DNA of 63,825 nucleotides, filler included, from Intoshia linei (Eukaryota; Animalia; Orthonectida), in the NCBI GenBank assembly GCA_001642005.1. It is 8 parts of 8 records of this genome, joined end to end, with 100 filler letters (N's around TTAATTAATTAA, not from the genome) between each part and the next. Parts side by side here need not be neighbours in the genome. Positions count along the whole stretch, not along the records: positions 50,496 to 57,797 come from LWCA01001575.1; positions 57,898 to 60,907 come from LWCA01002168.1; positions 61,008 to 62,565 come from LWCA01002570.1; positions 62,666 to 63,825 come from LWCA01002760.1; 4 more parts are not named here. One strand, 5' to 3'. The notes beneath the pieces were generated by a model. That model did not search any database, was not told where the DNA came from, and saw only the letters and a list, made by a program, of their open reading frames with translations. Each line of letters begins with the position of its first letter. Position 1 is the first letter of the stretch. The position numbers and the translations under genes are program-made. This document shows, one piece after another, positions 57,246 through 63,825 of the stretch.

Positions 57246-57797
57246 CAGTGCCGTGCAAAATAAACTGGCACTTGTTAAAAAATATTACTTCTTCATAAAC
57301 AATAATTAAATTCAAAAACATTAAATAATATTTTAAATATACAAATAAAAATAACTCGTACATTTAAATGAGGAGATTTATTTAAGTGAATACTGGAATT
57401 GATGCACAATTTTTTAATTGAAATACAGGCAATTTAAAAATGATAATGAATTTATTAAAATAAAACAGTCGTGCAAAATAAACTGGCATGTCAATTAAAG
57501 TTTAATTAAACTGTTAATAAATTTTAAATGGCGATAATTAACAAAATTATAAAGCATGATATTGAAAAATATTTCAAAAGCATTATGAACCAATCTGAAA
57601 TTTCGAGGAAAACCGGGGTTTGCAGATCAAGCGTTCAAAATGTTCTCAAAAAATATAAAAATGGAGATGGAATTGAACAAAATGTTGGTGCAGGTAGGAA
57701 AAAATTATTTAGTTTAAGAGAAGAACGTTTAATGACACGAACTTCCAAATTAAATCCTTTTTTATCAGCTAGAGAGATTAGAAACTCATTGTGGTTC
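57246..57797 (+). mobile_element. Tc1 transposon, left end with IR/DR structure and transposase start at 57528; truncated by contig end
   Basis: TA|CAGTG terminus; direct repeat CGTGCAAAATAAACTGGCA at 57252 and 57470; paired HTH and GRKK linker in the ORF. Confidence 0.88.
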
Positions 57798-57897
57798 NNN
57801 NNNNNNNNNNNNNNNNNNNNNNNNNNNNNNNNNNNNNNNNNTTAATTAATTAANNNNNNNNNNNNNNNNNNNNNNNNNNNNNNNNNNNNNNNNNNNN
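57798..57897. other. Artificial contig spacer
   Basis: 44 N + TTAATTAATTAA + 44 N. Confidence 0.98.
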
Positions 57898-58320
57898 ATA
57901 GTTTCTAGCAGTGCCGGGTTTATTAGTAAATAAGTATTTAAAATCATTGACGGTATTTTGAAATTGAGTATTCATAGATCCCATTAAGTGAATTTCAGTG
58001 ATACTATTCAAATTTGAATCACACATATCCATTGAGTTTGATTTATAATCTCTAATAAAATTTATTTGCTTAGATTGATTTAGTTTTAATCTCATTGGAT
58101 TTTGCATAATTTCAATTGAATTACCATTTAAGAAATCTAAACTGAGAATGGGATCATTAATATTTTTAGATATAACAAATTGATGATGAAAGGATTATTT
58201 CAAAGTATCAATTTTAACTTGCACATTGCATACACCACTTGTATTTAGTTTAGAACCCGTAACAGAGGTATATTGAAATTTAAATAGTTTTGTTTTTTGA
58301 ATTTTTCTATCATAGCAGGT
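57898..58320 (-). mobile_element. Second Gypsy pol fragment (protease C-terminal half to RT start)
   Basis: SVTGSKLNTSGVCNVQVKI...HQFVI...PILSLDFL...FKYLFTNKPG. Confidence 0.65.
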
Positions 58321-58375
58321 TTTTTTCTGATGTTTGTGTTTGATGGAATTTAAATTTAAGAGCTTTGCGATTGAC

Positions 58376-60907
58376 TCACGACTTACTATTTAAGTTGTTT
58401 ATAGGCATGGTTAATGCTTTACCATATATCATTTCGGCTGGTGATATATTTGTTCTACTTGACTGAGTGTTACGTAAATTTATTAATATGAATGGAATAC
58501 AAATGTCCCAGTTATTGTTTAAGGGATTCAAATTTCGTAGGCGGTCTCGAATTGTGCGATTCAATCTTTCCACTAAACCCGTACATGTATGTTTATAGGG
58601 TATTCCAAACGTTTGTTTAATACCGCATTGTCTGCAAAGTTCTTTAACTAACTTAAATTCAAATTGCTTTCCACAATCTGTTTGGATTGTTTTTGGTACT
58701 CCGAATCGAGTAATTATATTTTCTATAATTGCTTGGGATGTTAGTTCTGAAGTTATATTTGGTAAAGCTACTGCTTCTGCCCAGTTGGTGTGGAAATCTA
58801 TCATGGTGAGTATGTAGCGATTTCCCGCTTCCGTTTCAGGGAGTGGACCCAAAAAGTCAAGTTCCCACCGTTCATTAAAATGTTCACTGTTTGATTGATT
58901 CAAAGGTTTGTTTCTCAAACGTCTTCCTGTTCTTTTAAATTGCATGCTTTGCATATCATTATTTCCGTTGTGATCTGTTTATTCATGTTGGGCCAAACGT
59001 AATAGCGTTTTATATTTTTTATTGTATTGTTAATTCCTGGATGTGAAGAAATTGGTGATTTATGAAAGAAATTTATTATTTTAGTCGTTTTGTTTAAAGG
59101 TACTACTATTTGTTTGTAATTGTTAGATTCTTGTATCAATATGTTGTCTTCTATTATTACTTTGGATGCTAATTGTTTGTATTTGTTTTCAGTGCTAATT
59201 TTCGTTGAGAATTTTATGTTATTTATTAATTCGTTTATTTCTTTGTCTTTTTTTTGAGCTGTTTTGATATTTAAAAAATCACTATTATGTAATGTGGTTC
59301 TGTTGATTTGGGTTGCTGCTTCTGTAGCGTCACGCGACAGAACATCTGCCAATTGATTTAGTCGTCTAGGTTTATAGAGAATATCAAATCAAAATTCCTG
59401 AATGTCTCGAATCCATCTGAATTGACGATTGTTTATATCTTTTTTATGCATTAAACTAGTCAGTGGATTGTGGTCTGTGTATATTTTGAAGTTTTTTCCT
59501 AGTAAGTAGTATCTGAACTTTTTTAGCCCCTAACAAATTGCCATTAATTCAGAACAGGTGGATTTGTTATTATTAATTTGAGTTTGTCCAAAACTGACTG
59601 GCATTCTTCATTCCATTTTAAATTTTTGTGTTTTATTTGTTCATATAGCACACTGGCAATGGATTTAAAGTTTGGTATATACTTTTGAAGATAAGCAAAC
59701 ATTCCCAGTATTCGACGAAGTTGTTTGATTGTTGTCGGCGTATGAATGGTCTTGATTGCTTCTGCTTTATCAGGGTCTGCCTTTATTCCTTCAGAGGTTA
59801 CAACATGGCCCAAAAATTTTACAGATTTAGCGCCTATTATACATTTTTTGGGGTTTAGTTTTAATCCTGCTTTTGATATGGCATCCAATGTTCTTTTGTT
59901 GCAATGATTACATCGTCTAAATAAATATGCACATTTGGTATGTGTCCCAAAACTTGGTCCATTAATCGTTGGCAGGTTGAGGGGGCGTTTTTTAGACCTT
60001 GTGGCATTACTCGGTATTGATAGAGTTTAGCCCCAAATTCTGTTGTAAAAGCTGTTTTAAACCGATCACTTTTGTTTAAAGGTATTTGTCAGTATCCTGA
60101 ATGGAGGTCCAATGTGGACAAACATTTTTGTTTACTCAATGAATTTCAAATATTTTCAACGTTTGCGTGGGGATAGCTATCACTGTGGGTTATTTTGTTA
60201 ATTTCTCTAAAATCTTCCAATAGCCGATATGAGCCATCTTTCTTCTTTTTGAGAAAATGAGGTACGCGGCAAGTGCTTTTAGATGGTTCTATCTGTTTTT
60301 CGTTAATCATATTTTGTATTATCTCATGTTCAAATCGTTGCATATGCTTGGGAGTTGTATAATTTTTTGCCACTGGATGTTTTGCACCTTCTATGAAGGG
60401 TATCTCGTGATTAATTAAATTTGTTAATCCGGGTTTGGTATTGAATGCGTCAGAATTTTGAATAATTTTTTTAAATTTATCATTTATATTGTTAGGTATT
60501 AATATGCTATTTACTTTACGTGTGTTTATAAATCCTAATTTCAAAGAGTCTGTCCTAATAAATTTTCTGTGTTTTGGATTATCATAAATTTGGAGGATAA
60601 TTGTTTGTTTATTCTTAATTTCACTTTTCTGATCACAGGCAAACGTTGATTGTTCACCGCTAACAAGGTTTCGTTAGTATTTTGAATCTTGGGAGTAACG
60701 CTGAATTTTTCCAATGTCTCTAAATTTAGACAATTAACTTGTGAGCCAGTATGAATAATAAAATTAACTTTTACCTCAGAACTTTTTGTTGACAGCTTCA
60801 CATTTTCGACCAAACATACTTTTTTGTTGTAGTAATTATTGTTTTGGAAGGGTTTTTTGTGTATTATTGTTTAAATTTTTATAGGTTTTCATGATACTTA
60901 TCAATTG
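58376..60907 (-). mobile_element. Ty3/Gypsy LTR retrotransposon pol (PR-RT-RH-IN), pseudogenised
   Basis: PR HTGSQVN (catalytic D lost); RT KKDGSYRL, LDLHSGY*QI, MPQGLKNAP, YLDD (59912-59923); RH YTDHNPL...ADVLSR; IN HHCC and DDE core; frameshifts and internal deletions. Confidence 0.95.
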
Positions 60908-61007
60908 NNNNNNNNNNNNNNNNNNNNNNNNNNNNNNNNNNNNNNNNNNNNTTAATTAATTAANNNNNNNNNNNNNNNNNNNNNNNNNNNNNNNNNNNNN
61001 NNNNNNN
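60908..61007. other. Artificial contig spacer
   Basis: 44 N + TTAATTAATTAA + 44 N. Confidence 0.98.
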
Positions 61008-61624
61008 GTACTCAAACGAAATAGCAGAACGGGCTTTAAAATGCATGAATGACTATTTCATTTGATGAAAAATTGGAACAAATTTGTATAAATAAATTTA
61101 ACAATTGTAGTGTGAGTTCGTTTATTTTACAATAAAATATATTTTGAAGTGTTTGTTTAATTCTATATATAATCTTGTGTCTCGTGTAAGTAGAAATAAA
61201 GTTTCTATCAAATTGAAATGTGTTTTTATCACTAACGCTACACCTCCATCTCAGTTCGTATTGGAACAGGGGTTGATACTTTTGTCAAATAATCCGTACC
61301 TGTATAAAAATTGTCAAACTATTTTGGGAAAACGCGTTTACGTTTAGGTGTAATTGCGATTGAGCTACTGTGTGTATTATTTGGTGTTAATTGCCTGTAA
61401 CTATTATTAGTCATCCGCCGCAGAATTAAGAGTTTTGCTTTCAATATAGTCATTAAATGAGGAAGATACATTTAATGGGAAGTATTGTTGTTGTAATTTA
61501 TTGGAAATGGGTTTGTTTTTTCTGTATAATTGAAAATGGACTGTAGGTTGTTTTGGTACTCTTTTGTCAAAATTAAATTTTACGCGTCGTTGATTGGACG
61601 GTTTGTGTGAACGTACTTGCTAAG

Positions 61625-62565
61625 CTATTTTACTTTGTGAAACAGGATATATTGATTTTGGAATGTAAGGGTAACATATTCGTCTTCCAAAAACAATCTC
61701 GGATGGGGAGATATAATTATTTTCATGGGCATATTACAAATATGCATCAGTATTTTAGGAATTGTCAGATCCCAATTATCTCTATCCTTATTAGAAAAAA
61801 TTCGGATTTTGTCTTTAATTGTTCTGTTCATACGTTCCACTGATCCAACACCCTCGTAGTGATATGCTGATGTATGAGTTTTCTGAATTCTCAATTCGAA
61901 GCATAACTCGTTTACTATTTTAGATTCAAATTGACTGCCCATGTCTGTGTGAATTCGATTTGGGACACCGAACCTAGCTACCATATCATTCATTATATGA
62001 TGTACAACATTTTCCGCTGTTATTGATTCTATTGGGAATATTTCCGGCCAACCCGAATAGTGATCTACTATTACTAACATGTCACGATTTCCATTTTCTG
62101 TCACTGGTAGAGGGCCAGCAAAGTCCAGCTGCCATAAATCGTTAAACCATGACGTTTTCAATTGTTTCAATAGATAGTTATGTATACGTCTGCCTGTTTT
62201 ATATGTTACATTTCTCGCAAGATCTGATAATATCTTTGACTCGTTCTTCCAATCCTTTACAATAAAAATCTCGTTTAAAAGCGTGAGTTATTTTACGAAT
62301 GCCAGAGTGTACCGCCAGATTAGCTTTGTGGAATTACTCAATTAATTTGTCTCGCAAGGAATTTGGTGCAATTATTCGAATTTCTTGTCGAGATAGTCTA
62401 ATGTACAAAATATTGTTATGTATGGAAATTAGATTTTTTTGCTTGTAGTATGGATTCGTCCTAGTTAAAGTTAATTTTTGATTCACAAATGCCTTTAGTT
62501 GATTACAATGCATATCATTAGCCTGATATGCTTCAATATTGAGGTTATCGTTGTGATGTAGTATT
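61625..62565 (-). mobile_element. Ty3/Gypsy integrase region, a different family member
   Basis: HKANLAVHSG...CEKC zinc finger; WQLDFAGPLP...VDHYSGW...HTDMGSQFES...VERMNRTIK. Confidence 0.93.
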
Positions 62566-62665
62566 NNNNNNNNNNNNNNNNNNNNNNNNNNNNNNNNNNN
62601 NNNNNNNNNTTAATTAATTAANNNNNNNNNNNNNNNNNNNNNNNNNNNNNNNNNNNNNNNNNNNN
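62566..62665. other. Artificial contig spacer
   Basis: 44 N + TTAATTAATTAA + 44 N. Confidence 0.98.
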
Positions 62666-63818
62666 ATAGACTCAACATATCAACCGTTAAAATTGTATTT
62701 ACATGGTCACCATCAACACCATAAAAATAAACTTAAATAGACAACTTGTATAAACGGTGACAGCTTTAATAAACATACGGAGTAATCTCTGAAACAAATA
62801 TTTCCGTCATGTTTGATTGCTACAATTTTGAATTCTGTATTACTGTCGTGTATACTGATGTGAATTTTTGATGAAAAATTATATTTATCATCCAATTTAA
62901 ATTTTATAAAATATTTTTTTTCTTGTGAGGCAGAAGTCAGAGATACTGAAATGTCCAATAGACTTGTTGGTTTTTCCTGGACACCATCAATAAACTATTT
63001 TTTGTAATGATATAATTATTTAAATATTATTATTATTAATTATATAATTATAGCAAATTATACTATGGTTGTTTGTCTCTGTGTGTGTTATCATTTATTT
63101 CAATAACTACCAGTCTTATAATTTTATAAATTCCACATTTCTATACAGTTTTTTCCAGGTGTTAGTATTATAAATTTTAACCTCCCAAACTCACATCTTA
63201 CGTGTCAAAAACCCCAATTGTCCTATTTTTTGAAAATCAAACGAATTAGAGAATTTAAAAAAATATATACGCTGATACGAATTTTAAAATCATAAACATT
63301 GCCATAGATTTAAATTTAAAAAATTTATATCATCAGAGCCAAAACCCAAAATTACTTTTTTTTTAATGAAAGTAGCCCTAGAATTTAAAAAAATTTACAG
63401 GTAATACAGTTGTATCATGTTAACACTCAAAAAATGTCAATCTGAATAAGTGACGCCTTACAATTAATTATAATTATAAAATATTATTTATATAATCCAC
63501 TCTAACTTTATGGTATAATTGTTTTTAATTTAAAAAAAAATGCGATTTGATTCTGAATAATTCGAATCGTCACATCACTAACATAAATTTCATGTATATA
63601 TTGTAATTTTCAAAATACTTATAACCGAAGATTAATCAACAATTACCTCTATTTCACCAACTTCATCGTTTATTATGTAGGCTCTGATAAGTCCATTAAA
63701 TTTAAGTTGTTTTGATTTATTTCTATCTAATTAAATTTATTAACGCATTATCTATAATTATTTTATTATATACATATTGGACATGAGTTCTTAGCCTAAT
63801 TTTCTCACATTTATTAAA
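62666..63818 (-). CDS. Internal exons of a hypothetical protein, partial at both ends
   Basis: GT-AG-bounded exons (~63646-63722 and 62779-62994) join in frame: EINQKQLKFNGLIRAYIINDEVGEIE|FIDGVQEKPTSLLDISV...CFRDYS; family not recognised. Confidence 0.45.
63060..63460 (+). mobile_element. Helitron-like repeat copy in an intron
   Basis: Matches 42090-42480. Confidence 0.7.
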
Positions 63819-63825
63819 CTACAAA

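Noticed and set aside
43120-60091. TGA at conserved Trp positions (Tigger NG*LQRF, Gypsy GY*QI) suggesting TGA=Trp recoding
   Set aside because: Found only in dead TEs. TAG also replaces Trp (~59530), and host genes use TGG for Trp. This is ordinary G-to-A decay.
13851-62665. Seven identical TTAATTAATTAA palindromes within N runs
   Set aside because: Artificial six-frame-stop contig linkers. Adjacency across them carries no biological meaning.

Overview
Very AT-rich animal genomic DNA, not prokaryotic. It is eight unrelated contigs joined by artificial 100-nt spacers (44 N + TTAATTAATTAA + 44 N). Host genes are spliced, mostly through tiny GT-AG introns of about 28-50 nt. That is compatible with a compacted invertebrate genome such as the orthonectid Intoshia, but the organism is inferred, not shown. 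Recognisable genes: TMEM237-like, AFG3L2 m-AAA protease head-to-head with a p24/TMED gene, a HIG1-domain gene missed by the ORF track, MED1, an SLC7 amino-acid transporter, the 5' half of a dysferlin/myoferlin-type ferlin, an SLC46-like exon and Tbx2/3 (omb), plus a few orphan spliced genes. The rest is dense in transposon debris: hAT MITEs with 8-bp TSDs, a non-autonomous Helitron family, Tc1/mariner, Tigger, piggyBac and Gypsy. The most unusual signal is a decayed, unannotated frame at ~45990-46591 (-) with an RNA-virus polymerase motif C (YMGDD) and D/E-like motifs, a candidate dsRNA-virus-derived endogenous viral element. It sits in a gene-free, strand-biased TE graveyard that resembles a piRNA cluster. 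Other leads: a GC-rich three-way-junction RNA candidate with a cUUCGg loop, a pre-miRNA-like hairpin in Tbx2/3 intron 1, a non-GT splice donor apparently required in the HIG1 gene, a 48-bp TIR-only transposon, and an AT-hook in MED1. All homology calls come from motif recognition by eye; no database searches were run.
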